From Bdellovibrionales bacterium (GTDB lineage Bacteria > Bdellovibrionota > Bdellovibrionia > Bdellovibrionales > JAGQZY01): DNA of 64,000 nt. Below the pieces are notes generated by a model. That model saw only the letters and a program-made list of their open reading frames with translations. It was not told the origin of the DNA and ran no database searches. The stretch lies in contig CAXRIX010000178.1 in assembly GCA_964230555.1 (NCBI GenBank), forward strand, positions 141-64,140, in the 5' to 3' direction. The position numbers and the translations under genes are program-made. This document shows, piece after piece, positions 1 to 10,155 of the stretch (its first letter is position 1; the number at the start of each line of letters is the position of its first letter).

Positions 1-1729
1 AGGCTTTTTTACCGATGTGTAAAGGGTAAATAGCATCGTAGTTGCCAGCAGGAGTCACCGCTATATTAAAACGATTTTTTGAATACCAGCGGAGGGGCGG
101 TAGAAACGCATTCGACGAAATATGCTGAGTGCTCCAGAGTCCCGTCTTTCCACTTTTGTGGTAGGCGTGCATGGTATTGCCTCTTAGCTGTTTTATTTTT
201 ACGACATTGACCTGATTGACAAGGTACTCACCGGTGATGGCATTGAAACGAGTGACTTTGTATTGCAACACGGTGCCTTCTGGTAAAGGCTTTTTCTCGC
301 CCGCCGGTACAGAAGACAGTTGGCGTGTGGCTGTATCTTGAAATTTCTTTTTTAAATCCTGAAGGCTGGTTGATTGTTCCTCGGCTTTTTCATCGGTATT
401 AAGTAAACCGGCGATCGTGTCAATTGGATCAAATTGCACACCGACCTTATTTAATATCTTACCAAAAGCAAATATATTAAAGCAGAGGAATGCCAGTATT
501 AAAGTTCCCTTAATAGCAAATTTAGGATTAAAAAGAGGAAAGGGGATTTTTGATTTTAGTTTATTGGAGTCCAGCTGAACCGTTGGAGTTTGAGTTTCAG
601 ATCCATTGAAGGTTCGAGTGTTGGCTTGCGATGTTTCAAAGTTTTCGATCGCAAGATTTAGACTCTCACGATCAATATGAACGGATTCTGGCCCTCCTGA
701 TAGGAGGTCGACAGTCGAATCGGCATCCACTTCTTGATTCGCTAATTTTAATTCGACAAGTTTGGCGGCCAGTTTGATGATGATATCGATTTCTTGTTCC
801 GTGTATCCCTGTTGAACCAGTAACAGACGGGTTTCCTCACGGTTGGTGACAATGACATCAGGTCGCAACGAAACTCCGTGGAAGTCTGGGAGGTTTTGGT
901 CGTTCACTTGTTCAAAATCTTTAAGGGCCTCAAGCGAACTCTGGTATCGCTCGGTTTTCTCTTTAGCAACCAGTTTAGCAATAATTTGTTGAAGCTCCGG
1001 TGGTATTAAGCGACATATTTCTTCAGGCAAATTCAACTGCTCATTTCTTATTTTATCAATTGTCTCAATCTTAGAGCTCATAACAAAGGGGTTGCGACCC
1101 GTTAAAAGTTCGTAAAAGACGACACCTGCCGAAAAAAGGTCAGACGCCGGAGTCGGTGGGTGACCCTTCAGAATCTCTGGCGCCATGTAGTTAAGTGTGC
1201 CAATAAAATGGTTTTCTTTGGTTAAGTTCTGATCGTCTTCGAGAAGACTTTTTGAAATTCCAAAGTCAACAATCTTGACCTGATTGTTGGCACCGACGAG
1301 AAGATTCGCTGGCTTGATATCCCGATGTAAAATGCCTTTTTCGTGGGCTTGCTGTAGGCCTGTGATCACTTGTTTGATGACATGGATTGAGTCCATCACC
1401 CCAAAGCTTTTCTTTTCAATAACTCGAGACAGTGTCACGCCATCGACGTATTCCATCGCTAAGTAGTGAATACCTGCGTAGGTTCCAAAGGTGTAGATGT
1501 TGACAATATTCGGGTGACTCAATGAAGCTAAAATCTTTGCTTCATTTTCAAAGCGAATAAGAACTTTGGGGTCAAGTTTTTGGCCAGTGCCGTTACCAAG
1601 AAATTTCAAGGCTACTTTTCGCGAGAGTTTAATATCCTCAGCTAAAAAGACCTGTCCCATGCCACCCTCGCCAAGGATTTTTAAAACTTTGTAATTGTCA
1701 AAAATTTCACCTGGTTGTGGTAGGCTCAT
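1..1729 (-). CDS. Hanks-type serine/threonine protein kinase, partial because the C-terminal end runs off the window
   Basis: Absent from the ORF track because it has no in-window stop. Reverse-strand ATG at 1729..1727 opens MSLPQPGEIFDNYKVLKILGEGGMGQVF (GxGxxG). Further motifs: VALKFL (VAIK Lys), HRDIKPANLL (catalytic loop), DFGIS (DFG), YMAPE (APE). A hydrophobic segment GTLILAFLCFNIFAF follows. The frame checked open at the window edge (..NYDAIYPLHIGKKA). Confidence 0.9.
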   Translation of the reverse strand, partial: MSLPQPGEIFDNYKVLKILGEGGMGQVFLAEDIKLSRKVALKFLGNGTGQKLDPKVLIRFENEAKILASLSHPNIVNIYTFGTYAGIHYLAMEYVDGVTLSRVIEKKSFGVMDSIHVIKQVITGLQQAHEKGILHRDIKPANLLVGANNQVKIVDFGISKSLLEDDQNLTKENHFIGTLNYMAPEILKGHPPTPASDLFSAGVVFYELLTGRNPFVMSSKIETIDKIRNEQLNLPEEICRLIPPELQQIIAKLVAKEKTERYQSSLEALKDFEQVNDQNLPDFHGVSLRPDVIVTNREETRLLLVQQGYTEQEIDIIIKLAAKLVELKLANQEVDADSTVDLLSGGPESVHIDRESLNLAIENFETSQANTRTFNGSETQTPTVQLDSNKLKSKIPFPLFNPKFAIKGTLILAFLCFNIFAFGKILNKVGVQFDPIDTIAGLLNTDEKAEEQSTSLQDLKKKFQDTATRQLSSVPAGEKKPLPEGTVLQYKVTRFNAITGEYLVNQVNVVKIKQLRGNTMHAYHKSGKTGLWSTQHISSNAFLPPLRWYSKNRFNIAVTPAGNYDAIYPLHIGKKA

Positions 1730-1877
1730 TATTCTTCCTTTTCATGTTTTTTATCGGAAGTTTGGATGGGATTTTTAAGCTCTATTCCTAACTTTTACGG
1801 CCTCAACACTAGACTATCGTCGATAGGTTTAATTTTTATTCTGGGATACTATTGTTTCAGTAACTTAGGAGACTCAA

Positions 1878-2357
1878 TTGGAAAGTTCTTGGCTAATATT
1901 TGCGGCGGCGTTTTTCGCCTTTACGATTCTTCTTATGGTTGTTTTCAGAATTGATCCATGGCGCAATCTGTATGCTGAGTTTCCGGCTTCAGATTGGCAA
2001 GACGGGGGTCCTGGTCTCCCATTAGAAAAATGGCGGGTTCCAAGCTTTCACATTGGTTGGGTACCCTATGCCGGTGTTCGTAAAAATCTTGTGCGCGGGC
2101 GTGATAACCTATTAATCGTCGAAGACACACATATAACAATGGTGTCGAATTTGAAAAACATATCCAACAAACCATTGCAAATTCCTTTTTCCCATATTCG
2201 AAATTTTCGTATTAAAAAACTTTATGGAATGATGGACTACTATGTTTTTGAAATAGTGGCGGCCAAGAGAACATACAAAGTCACGGTTCAAAAAACCGAG
2301 ACCTCGTCTCTTGTCTTTGCTGAGTTTGAAAAAAACTTACAGTATCGGACGGGTTAG
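1878..2357 (+). CDS. hypothetical membrane-anchored protein
   Basis: 159-aa ORF with a TTG start and an N-terminal hydrophobic helix WLIFAAAFFAFTILLMVVF. No family recognised. Confidence 0.4.
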   Translation: MESSWLIFAAAFFAFTILLMVVFRIDPWRNLYAEFPASDWQDGGPGLPLEKWRVPSFHIGWVPYAGVRKNLVRGRDNLLIVEDTHITMVSNLKNISNKPLQIPFSHIRNFRIKKLYGMMDYYVFEIVAAKRTYKVTVQKTETSSLVFAEFEKNLQYRTG

Positions 2358-3001
2358 TTTTCATCGACTCTAAGGTCGACCACACTTACTTTCTTGTTTT
2401 TTATCTCAGTCAAACCGAACGGCCCGACTTTAATAAAAGGCTCGTCTTTAAAAATAATCTTTTGCAAGCGGCGGTCGAAATTGACGTCCAAAGTCTCGGG
2501 TAAATCGGCGGTCCAGCGCACAAAAAGTTTCTTCAGTTTATTCTTAAATTCGAAGGCATAAACCCGATCACGATCATAAGAAACAAACAGTAACTCACTA
2601 AGACCGTCTTCGTTAAAGTCGTAAGCGAAAGGAATCGAATCCTGTAAGAGAGCGATTCGATTCGAATTGAAATTCACCAGTTCGCTATAGTCGACACCTT
2701 GTGTGACTCGTAAAATACTGTTTCGTTTGTTCGAAGAATTGGGAAGAACAGAGATAAAAACATGTTCTTGGGCCCCTTCGTTGTCCAAGTTACGAACCAA
2801 CACTTTTGACGTCACTTCCGACGATGTCTCAGAACTTGTGGTTTCGTTGGGCCAATGATTGTAGACGACATCGGAACTAAGAATTTGTTCAGAGCCGGCA
2901 CCCAGTGCGCCCGAATCAGAGCAGGCCGGCAGTAGAGCTAAGCTCAATGTCAGCGGTAGTAGAAATCTCGTAAATGTCTTTTGCAAAGGCCTGTCTATCA
3001 C
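2354..3001 (-). CDS. hypothetical lipoprotein
   Basis: 215 aa. Signal peptide plus lipobox (LALLPAC|SD). FG-GAP/VCBS-like stretch FNEDGLSELLF. Confidence 0.55.
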   Translation of the reverse strand: MIDRPLQKTFTRFLLPLTLSLALLPACSDSGALGAGSEQILSSDVVYNHWPNETTSSETSSEVTSKVLVRNLDNEGAQEHVFISVLPNSSNKRNSILRVTQGVDYSELVNFNSNRIALLQDSIPFAYDFNEDGLSELLFVSYDRDRVYAFEFKNKLKKLFVRWTADLPETLDVNFDRRLQKIIFKDEPFIKVGPFGLTEIKNKKVSVVDLRVDEN

Positions 3002-3307
3002 AAGCGCCTCCTTTTAAAGCCTGACCCTTTGATGCGTTCAGCGTCTGGTCTAGTTATCGGAAGTCTCTTGAGGGCCCCTCAATAATATCAGGAGAGCTTC
3101 CAAAAAATGGCTTTAGAAGCCAATTCTAGCCGAAATACGAGGCTTTTATCAGATCCTGTAAACAAGTTGGGCAGTCTCAATGGAATTCCGGTAAATTCAG
3201 TTAAGTAACTGAAAATACTATTTATTTTTCATATTGAAAGTCAATTGATTTCGGTAATGAAAAGCCAATGACTTTATTGAAAACAAAAATCATCTTTATT
3301 TTGCCCT

Positions 3308-3335
3308 CTGCTGAAGAAAGCATTAGCTTCAGCAG
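3308..3335 (+). other. perfect 9-bp inverted repeat (CTGCTGAAG-N10-CTTCAGCAG) in the 5' leader of the 3356 operon; function unknown
   Basis: Read directly. It ends about 20 nt upstream of the ATG and just before the AGGAGG ribosome-binding site. No U-tract follows. Confidence 0.3.
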
Positions 3336-3355
3336 CATTCGAACAGGAGGAATCT

Positions 3356-4915
3356 ATGAAATTCAATTTATTAATTGCCAGCACGCTTGCGTCCTTCTCG
3401 GCGTTTGCCAATGTGCAGCCGATGGACTTGCAACAGGCTCAACAACTTCTTAATCAACCGATCCCTGAAAACATTCAAACCGTTCTTGATCAAACGCCCT
3501 CGGATTACAGTTTTTCAACTGAGCAAGGCGAGAGTTCTGTCAATTATCAAGGTCAGGTCATGCGCAATGTTTTGATCAATGATAACAAGACTGGATTTTA
3601 TTCGTTAAAGTACGCTGAGCTGACCGGCGACAAGCAAGCCGCCACTGATAAATTAGACTCTTATTATCTATACGAAGTCGAAAAAGACGGTGGTTCTTTC
3701 TTTTCTACGCAAATTGCTGATGAAAACGGAACTGTTCAACCTTCGCCGTGGGAAGGTTTTGAATACAGTGCCATTTTCCCCCGAGAAATCAATTTAAAAT
3801 CAAAAATGGCCGGTGAAGACAATGCTCTTCGAAACGGTGAGCTTTTAGGATGGAACACGCCAGAATTGGGCGGGGTTGCTGTCGATCGCAATGGTGATGG
3901 TACCTTGATGCCAGCGGAATTGTTTGAAACTATGATCGAGGCTGTTGCCAACAACGCCAGCGGTAGTGAGGGTGGTTTTGTAGCTGCAAACGGAGCGATG
4001 GACGGTCAGCCTGTTGATTTGGCGGCCATTCTTCCAACCGGAGTTGATTTGGCTCAAATGTCGCAAAAACTTCTTCACAGTGCTGTTAGTTTTTCGCAAG
4101 CTGCCGGCGATTACCTCAGTGATGATATTATTCCCACACCTGATACACCCATTAACAGTCTCAAAGGTTTGTATGGCGACAATACTGCGCCGTTGGCGAA
4201 CCGAACCTACACCTACCTTCAGCATCATTGGGATGAGGCCTTCGGCTATTATGGTGCTGCTCGAAACTTTCTGGATTACACCGATATGGAAATCCGCTCG
4301 GGAGTCTCGATTGATGCTTACACGTCAGATGAAGTGATTGATCCAACCAATGGTAACATACTTTATATCTCTGCTCATAGTGAGCCGGACTTTGTTTATT
4401 CTCTAAGTTCTGAGAAAAACATGGGGCTTTCGGTGAATGCAGCCAAACGAGATCTTGGAGCCAAAACAGGGAGCGAGGACTTTACCCAGAAAACCATGAC
4501 AGCCTTTCTGAAGGGGCGACAATTGGTGCAACAACGTCCTGAAGGATACATGCCTTATGCCCAGGCTCATGCTGTCGTTGCATTGCACGAGTGGGAAAGA
4601 GTGATCGCGGCCACAGTTGTTCATTATATTAATGAAACAGCCGCTGACTTGAAAGTGTATGGAACGGCTGATTACAAATTCACAAACCTGGCCAAGCATT
4701 ATTCAGAAATGAAAGGTTTTGCCTTTGCGTTTCAATTTAATCCTCGCTCTGTAATGTCGATTGCTGATTTTAAAACACTCCATCAATTGATAGGAGATCG
4801 CCCCGTCGATCCCCAATCCGGTGACGTCGATCAGTATGTCCAAGATCTATTGTCGGCACGAGATATTTTGCAAGAAACATATGGTTTTAACCCGGTTGAC
4901 GTGGAGAATTGGTAA
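3356..4915 (+). CDS. secreted protein of unknown function; possibly the DUF4856-like partner often found next to imelysin genes (family call is from memory)
   Basis: 519 aa. AGGAGG RBS. Signal peptide MKFNLLIASTLASFSAFA|N. Its stop overlaps the next start (TAATG). Confidence 0.6.
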   Translation: MKFNLLIASTLASFSAFANVQPMDLQQAQQLLNQPIPENIQTVLDQTPSDYSFSTEQGESSVNYQGQVMRNVLINDNKTGFYSLKYAELTGDKQAATDKLDSYYLYEVEKDGGSFFSTQIADENGTVQPSPWEGFEYSAIFPREINLKSKMAGEDNALRNGELLGWNTPELGGVAVDRNGDGTLMPAELFETMIEAVANNASGSEGGFVAANGAMDGQPVDLAAILPTGVDLAQMSQKLLHSAVSFSQAAGDYLSDDIIPTPDTPINSLKGLYGDNTAPLANRTYTYLQHHWDEAFGYYGAARNFLDYTDMEIRSGVSIDAYTSDEVIDPTNGNILYISAHSEPDFVYSLSSEKNMGLSVNAAKRDLGAKTGSEDFTQKTMTAFLKGRQLVQQRPEGYMPYAQAHAVVALHEWERVIAATVVHYINETAADLKVYGTADYKFTNLAKHYSEMKGFAFAFQFNPRSVMSIADFKTLHQLIGDRPVDPQSGDVDQYVQDLLSARDILQETYGFNPVDVENW

Positions 4916-6078
4916 TGAAATTAGCTATCGCATCTCTCATTATTTTGGGTCTTTTTTTTGGTTGTTCAAGCTCGACCAATCCAGCAGAGCCAGAGGCCGC
5001 TGTTGATAAAGATAGAGAGCTCGTCAATCACCTGACTGAAACGATGCTGGCTCCTCGGCTTTCCACCATGGTGGTGGAAGCCCAGGGCTTGAAAGAAAGC
5101 GTTGCACGAGCCTGCTCCGGGGAGTCTGTTGAGGTTGCAAAACTGCAGGCGACATGGAAAAAGGCAATGCAAAACTTCCATTACACAGAAGTTTTCATTT
5201 ATGGCCCTTTGTTGATTGAGGAAGAAGACAAATTGGGTGATACCAACCCCATCAAGAACGTGATCTATAGCTTGCAAGATCCAGATAAACAAGCGGCAGT
5301 GATTGATCGGGAAATGCAAAAAGCTCACCTGCAGCAAGATAAGTACAAGTTGCGAACACGGCCTAATATCATTGGGCTGGATGCAATTGAATACGTTTTG
5401 TTCGCGGCACTAAAAGACCAAGATGAATTGTCTGAGACAAGCGAGTCTTGCATCTATTTGCGGGCGATCACAGAAGAACTCGTGATTTGGGTGGATAAAG
5501 TGCACTCTAATTTTCTGTCGAAAGTCTATAATCCGCTGCAGACACCCGATGGGCAAACTCGGTCTCGTTTCTTTATCAATCAATACACCAAAGGTTTAAT
5601 TACCTTTACGGACAAAGAGTTAAAAGATCGCAAGTTGGGTGCACCATTGGGCATTGCAACCTCTGAGAATTATGATTGTGAACTGGGAGTGAACTGTCAC
5701 ACCTTGTATATCGAACATCAATTCTCACAGACGGCTCATCAGTCGGCACTGGCCAATCTTCAGGCCATCCATGATGCGTTTGAAGGAACCAGTGAAGGCA
5801 CTGCGGATGGTTTTGGTTACTCGGACTACATCGACAACAGCAGTTCGGATCAGCTCAAGTCGTTTGCTGAAGAAAGAGTTGTTAAGCGTGTGAAGGTCCT
5901 GCCTCAAGGGGCTGACTATGCTGGAGCTTTTGCCAGCTATCAAGGTGATGAGAATCCTGATCATCCGGCTTATGCCGCTTATAAAGAAATACAGAAATTA
6001 ACCACTTGGCTCAAAACTGATTTTGTAGCAGAGATGAACGCGGAGTTGCCAGAGAATGTTCAGGGAGACAACGACTAA
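4915..6078 (+). CDS. imelysin-like (peptidase M75 / IrpA-EfeM fold) lipoprotein
   Basis: ATG at 4915 overlaps the upstream TAA. Lipobox LGLFFGC|SSS. Imelysin-like blocks TWKKAMQNFHYTEVFIYGPL and IIGLDAIEYVLFA, where the usual GxHxxE reads D in place of H. Confidence 0.65.
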   Translation: MKLAIASLIILGLFFGCSSSTNPAEPEAAVDKDRELVNHLTETMLAPRLSTMVVEAQGLKESVARACSGESVEVAKLQATWKKAMQNFHYTEVFIYGPLLIEEEDKLGDTNPIKNVIYSLQDPDKQAAVIDREMQKAHLQQDKYKLRTRPNIIGLDAIEYVLFAALKDQDELSETSESCIYLRAITEELVIWVDKVHSNFLSKVYNPLQTPDGQTRSRFFINQYTKGLITFTDKELKDRKLGAPLGIATSENYDCELGVNCHTLYIEHQFSQTAHQSALANLQAIHDAFEGTSEGTADGFGYSDYIDNSSSDQLKSFAEERVVKRVKVLPQGADYAGAFASYQGDENPDHPAYAAYKEIQKLTTWLKTDFVAEMNAELPENVQGDND

Positions 6079-8281
6079 CCAATTTTCATCTGTTCTGAGG
6101 AACCACAGCCTAAGTCTCCTGTTGGGGGTCTTGGGCTTTATCTGTTGTGCCTCGGTATCGGCCGACGATCGAACCGCGGTGGAAAAACTTTCAGTGATGG
6201 GCAAGCGCGAGGCTTTGCCTACGCGTCCGGGCTCAGCTCATGTGCTATCTGAACAGGAGCTAGAGAAGTTTGACTTCAATGACATTCACCGAGTGTTGCG
6301 ACAAGTTCCCGGCGTCAATGTTCAGGAAGAGGATGGTTTTGGTTTACGACCGAATATCGGCCTGCGTGGGGGGCATCCGCATCGGAGTAAGAAAGTCACT
6401 CTTCTTGAAGATGGTGTTCTTATTGGTCCAGCCCCTTATTCAGCACCAGCGGCTTACTATTTCCCACAAATGAGCAAGATCGCAGCTGTGGAGATTTTCA
6501 AAGGCGTGCCATCCACAGCCTTTGGGCCGAATTCCATTGGCGGGGCGTTGAATTTAATCACTCGCATGAATGAGCCCGGGTTGCGGCTGGGCGTTCAAGC
6601 TGGCAACTACAATTCTCAGCAGTACAATCTCTCGGCCGGCGTCGCCACCTACGGAGATTTTAGTTTTGACCTGAACCACACCAAGACTGAAGGTTTTAAA
6701 GAATTGGACAATCGGGATGATACCGGCTTCGAGCGTAACAACCTGACGTTTCGCTGGGATAAGTACTTTGTAACAAAAGATCAGAACCTTAATTTTAAAT
6801 TCAATTGGTCTGACGAGAAGTCCAACGAGACCTACGCTGGGTTGACCGAACAAGATTTTAATTCCAATCCCTACTACCGTTATCCCGGAACCGAACGGGA
6901 TGAAATGGATTGGGTTCACAATCAGTTTTTCTTGAGCTACGCGATCAGTCCGATCGATAACCTTCGTCATCGATTGACACTTTATCGTCACCGGTACAAG
7001 CGTTCTTGGTACAAGTTGAACGGTTTTGCTGGAACAAATCCTAACAATCCATCACAATCCATAATCGAAGTTCTGAACAACCCTGATTTAGCAGCCAATA
7101 ACTATTATTATCAAGTGGTCTCGGGACAAGCCGATTCGGGGGCTTTGAGTGATGATCGTGATGTTTTAGATCTAGGGAATAATCAGCGGCAGTATTTGTC
7201 CCAAAGAGTTCAGTTCCATACCGACTATGAACTTTCCGGCTTTGCTTGGGATCACAATTTTCAATTGGACTATCGTTTTCATCAAGATCAAATCAATCGA
7301 TTTCATGAGTCCGATTTTTTTAATATGGTTTCGGGGACCCTAGTGGAAGACACCAGTCGTGACCGACAAGTGACGGCTCTCAATAAGGGAGCGGCTACAG
7401 CCAACACCCTGGCTCTCACTTACGAGGCGCAGTGGCAAGAGTTAACCATTCAATCCATTGTCCGTGGTGAAGATATTCAATATGAATTTAACGGCTATCT
7501 TAATAATACAAGCAGTGAATCGGCAGACCACATTCTGGCTCCCGGTTTGGGTCTATTTCACCAAACCTTTGCGAAAACCGGTTTTTTGGCTGGTGTAAAC
7601 AAAGGTTTCACTCCCACGGGGCCTGGACAGTCTCCAGGTGTAAAACCAGAGGAAGCGATCAATTATGAGTTGGGGGTACGTCACACCGGCCGATTGGGAT
7701 TTGAGTTGATTGGGTTCCTCAGTGATTATCAGAATCTTCTTGGTACGTGCACCCAGTCAGGGGGCTGCACGGTGGGGGAATTGGATCGCAGCTTTAATGG
7801 CGGTGAGGCCCAGGTTTGGGGTGTGGAGTTTCTTTTACAAACTGACCTGAAGACTCGAACTATGAACTTTCCAATTCGTTGGAACTTCACCCACAGTCAA
7901 GCTCAGTTTAAAAATAGTTTTTCTTCGGCCCTGCCTGAATGGGGGAATGGTGACGTCGCCAGTGGTGATCCCATACCTTATATTCCCAATTGGCAAAGCA
8001 ATTTGGTGGTCGGTTGGGAGTGGCAAGATTGGTCCACTTATCTGAATGCGAATTATCTTGGTGACATGGCCGATCAAGCCGTGGCCAGCGGACGACGGAC
8101 AATTCCTGGGCGCACCGTTTTCGGAGCCGCCGTTGGTTGGTCATTCACTCCTCGATCAAAACTAAGATTGCGATTGGATAATATTACGAATGAAGAGTAT
8201 GTGGTCTCCAATCGACCTTTCGGATTGCGCCCCGGGCGCCCTTTTATGGCTTTTGTAGGAGTTGAGCATGTCTTCTTTTGA
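6056..8281 (+). CDS. TonB-dependent outer-membrane receptor
   Basis: 741 aa. Signal peptide, then plug-domain blocks (EKLSVMGKRE, VPGVNVQEEDGFGLRPNIGLRGG). Long beta-barrel region with the C-terminal aromatic end ..VGVEHVFF. The start is uncertain because it overlaps the upstream gene by 23 nt. Confidence 0.9.
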   Translation: MFRETTTNQFSSVLRNHSLSLLLGVLGFICCASVSADDRTAVEKLSVMGKREALPTRPGSAHVLSEQELEKFDFNDIHRVLRQVPGVNVQEEDGFGLRPNIGLRGGHPHRSKKVTLLEDGVLIGPAPYSAPAAYYFPQMSKIAAVEIFKGVPSTAFGPNSIGGALNLITRMNEPGLRLGVQAGNYNSQQYNLSAGVATYGDFSFDLNHTKTEGFKELDNRDDTGFERNNLTFRWDKYFVTKDQNLNFKFNWSDEKSNETYAGLTEQDFNSNPYYRYPGTERDEMDWVHNQFFLSYAISPIDNLRHRLTLYRHRYKRSWYKLNGFAGTNPNNPSQSIIEVLNNPDLAANNYYYQVVSGQADSGALSDDRDVLDLGNNQRQYLSQRVQFHTDYELSGFAWDHNFQLDYRFHQDQINRFHESDFFNMVSGTLVEDTSRDRQVTALNKGAATANTLALTYEAQWQELTIQSIVRGEDIQYEFNGYLNNTSSESADHILAPGLGLFHQTFAKTGFLAGVNKGFTPTGPGQSPGVKPEEAINYELGVRHTGRLGFELIGFLSDYQNLLGTCTQSGGCTVGELDRSFNGGEAQVWGVEFLLQTDLKTRTMNFPIRWNFTHSQAQFKNSFSSALPEWGNGDVASGDPIPYIPNWQSNLVVGWEWQDWSTYLNANYLGDMADQAVASGRRTIPGRTVFGAAVGWSFTPRSKLRLRLDNITNEEYVVSNRPFGLRPGRPFMAFVGVEHVFF

Positions 8282-9200
8282 TGCTTGGCTAGAGCCGTTT
8301 TTCTTTGTGGTGGATCCAAGTAAACGCCTGTTTTTTATTTACCTGCTTTCATCAGTGCTTATTGGCGTTTTAGTTCTGTATCGACAAAATGGCGGCAGTG
8401 GTCTGCAAGCCTTTGAAAATTTAATAAACCCCAAGGTTTGGTTTCATCGATCCAGCCGAGTTGATTTTCAGCTCCTAGTTTTTAACAGCCTCCTGAGAAC
8501 CTTTTTATTTTTCTTTGTTCTTGTCAATTCCCTATGGGTTTCGAAGGTGGTGATGCGCCAGCTGGTGGCGTGTTGGCCCAGTCATCAGGCTTGGAATGTT
8601 AGCTACCAAGAAGGCCTTTTAGCCTACGCCATTGTCAGTTTTGTGGTGTTGGATTTTGCTCGTTTTTTTCAGCACTATCTGTTTCATAAAATTCCCTTTT
8701 TGTGGCGCTTTCACAAGGTCCACCACACCGCTGAAGTTATGACTCCTGTCACCTTGTACCGCACCCATCCCATAGAAAGTTTAGTATCGGCGTTTCGGCG
8801 AATTTTCGTTATTGGTTTGATTTCGGGTGTGTTTCTTTTTACCACCCAATCCGTGATTGGACCGTTCGCGATTTTTGGTGTTAATGCCTTGGATTTTGCC
8901 TTTAACTTTTTAGGAAGCAATTTGCGTCACTCCCATGTTTGGCTTAGTTTTGGACCGTTGAATTACTTTTTCGTTAGCCCAGCACAACATCAGATTCATC
9001 ATAGTCGAGCTGAAAAGCACCACGATAAAAATCTGGGTTTTGCACTGTCGATTTGGGATCAGTTGTTTGGCACGTTCTACCAAGTGCGGCACAAAGAATT
9101 TTTGATCTTCGGAGTCAGAGGTGAGAAGCACCTTAACTTGCTGACCGCCCTCAAGGCCCCTTTCCGTTCGGTGAAGCTTAATAAATCCAAGACATTATAA
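8268..9200 (+). CDS. fatty-acid hydroxylase / sterol desaturase superfamily membrane di-iron oxygenase
   Basis: ATG at 8268 lies 14 nt inside the receptor gene. Multiple TM helices. Histidine boxes HYLFH, HKVHH and HQIHH. Confidence 0.8.
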   Translation: MSSFDAWLEPFFFVVDPSKRLFFIYLLSSVLIGVLVLYRQNGGSGLQAFENLINPKVWFHRSSRVDFQLLVFNSLLRTFLFFFVLVNSLWVSKVVMRQLVACWPSHQAWNVSYQEGLLAYAIVSFVVLDFARFFQHYLFHKIPFLWRFHKVHHTAEVMTPVTLYRTHPIESLVSAFRRIFVIGLISGVFLFTTQSVIGPFAIFGVNALDFAFNFLGSNLRHSHVWLSFGPLNYFFVSPAQHQIHHSRAEKHHDKNLGFALSIWDQLFGTFYQVRHKEFLIFGVRGEKHLNLLTALKAPFRSVKLNKSKTL

Positions 9201-9270
9201 GTAGTTAGCGAAATTCACCAAAAGGTTTTCAGGTGGACTTTAAGACCTGTGGGATTTATAGTGCCGAACC

Positions 9271-10155
9271 ATGAGTACAAAAGGAAAAATTGTTGCTGGA
9301 TGTATGGCTCCGCATCCGCCTCATCTTGTGTACGGGGAAAACCCGCCACAAAATGAACCGAAATCGGAGTGTGGTTGGGAGACTTTAAGGTGGGCTTATG
9401 AGCGCCTGAGAGACTCTTTAAAAGAGATCGACTATGATGTTCTTCTTGTGCATTCACCGCACTGGCGAACTCAGATTGGCACTCATTTTCTTGGGTATCC
9501 GGAATTTAAATCCCTTTCCGTGGATCCGATTTTTCCGCATCTGTTTCGATTTCATTATGATCTAAAAGTGGACGTGGACTTGGCGCGAAGTATTCACGAT
9601 CGCGCCAAAGAAAAAGGAATGATCGTTAAGATGATGGAGAATCCCGATTTTCGCATCGATTATGGAACCATCACAGCTTTACAAATGACGAGACCAGAGT
9701 GGGACAAACCGATTATCGGGATATCCAGTGTCGGCCGTTCCGCTTATTTCTCTATGGATGTGATGCAAGAGGAAATGATAAAGCTCGGCGAAGCCACCCG
9801 TGAGGCAATCGAGGCATCGGGTAAAAAGGTGGTCTTGTTAGCGAGTCACAGCTTGTCCCATCGCCATTTTATCACGGAGCCTGAAATTCCCGAGGACATG
9901 AGCCAAGAGCATATTTATCATCATGGTCAGTATTTATGGGATATGAAAATGATTGATTTAATGAAAAAAGGCGACGTGCAGACAATTTTTGATGTGATGA
10001 CTGATTTTACAGAGCAAACTATCAGTGAGTGTGACGGCGGCGGTTTGATGTGGATGCTTTCGGCTATGGGCATGCCGACCACACCAGCCAAAATTCATGG
10101 TTATGGAACCGTTATTGGAACCGGCAACGTGGTGGCCGAATGGAGGGGGCAATGA
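9271..10155 (+). CDS. class III (LigB-type) extradiol ring-cleavage dioxygenase, catalytic-type subunit
   Basis: 294 aa. LigB-family histidine blocks are present: MAPHPPH, VHSPHW, ASHSLSHRH. Confidence 0.8.
   Translation: MSTKGKIVAGCMAPHPPHLVYGENPPQNEPKSECGWETLRWAYERLRDSLKEIDYDVLLVHSPHWRTQIGTHFLGYPEFKSLSVDPIFPHLFRFHYDLKVDVDLARSIHDRAKEKGMIVKMMENPDFRIDYGTITALQMTRPEWDKPIIGISSVGRSAYFSMDVMQEEMIKLGEATREAIEASGKKVVLLASHSLSHRHFITEPEIPEDMSQEHIYHHGQYLWDMKMIDLMKKGDVQTIFDVMTDFTEQTISECDGGGLMWMLSAMGMPTTPAKIHGYGTVIGTGNVVAEWRGQ

Noticed and set aside
3279-3297. Possible Fur box GAAAACAAAAATCATCTTT upstream of the imelysin/TonB operon
   Set aside because: By my count only about 12 of 19 positions match the E. 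coli consensus GATAATGATAATCATTATC, and the dyad symmetry is poor. That is too weak to call without a species-specific matrix.
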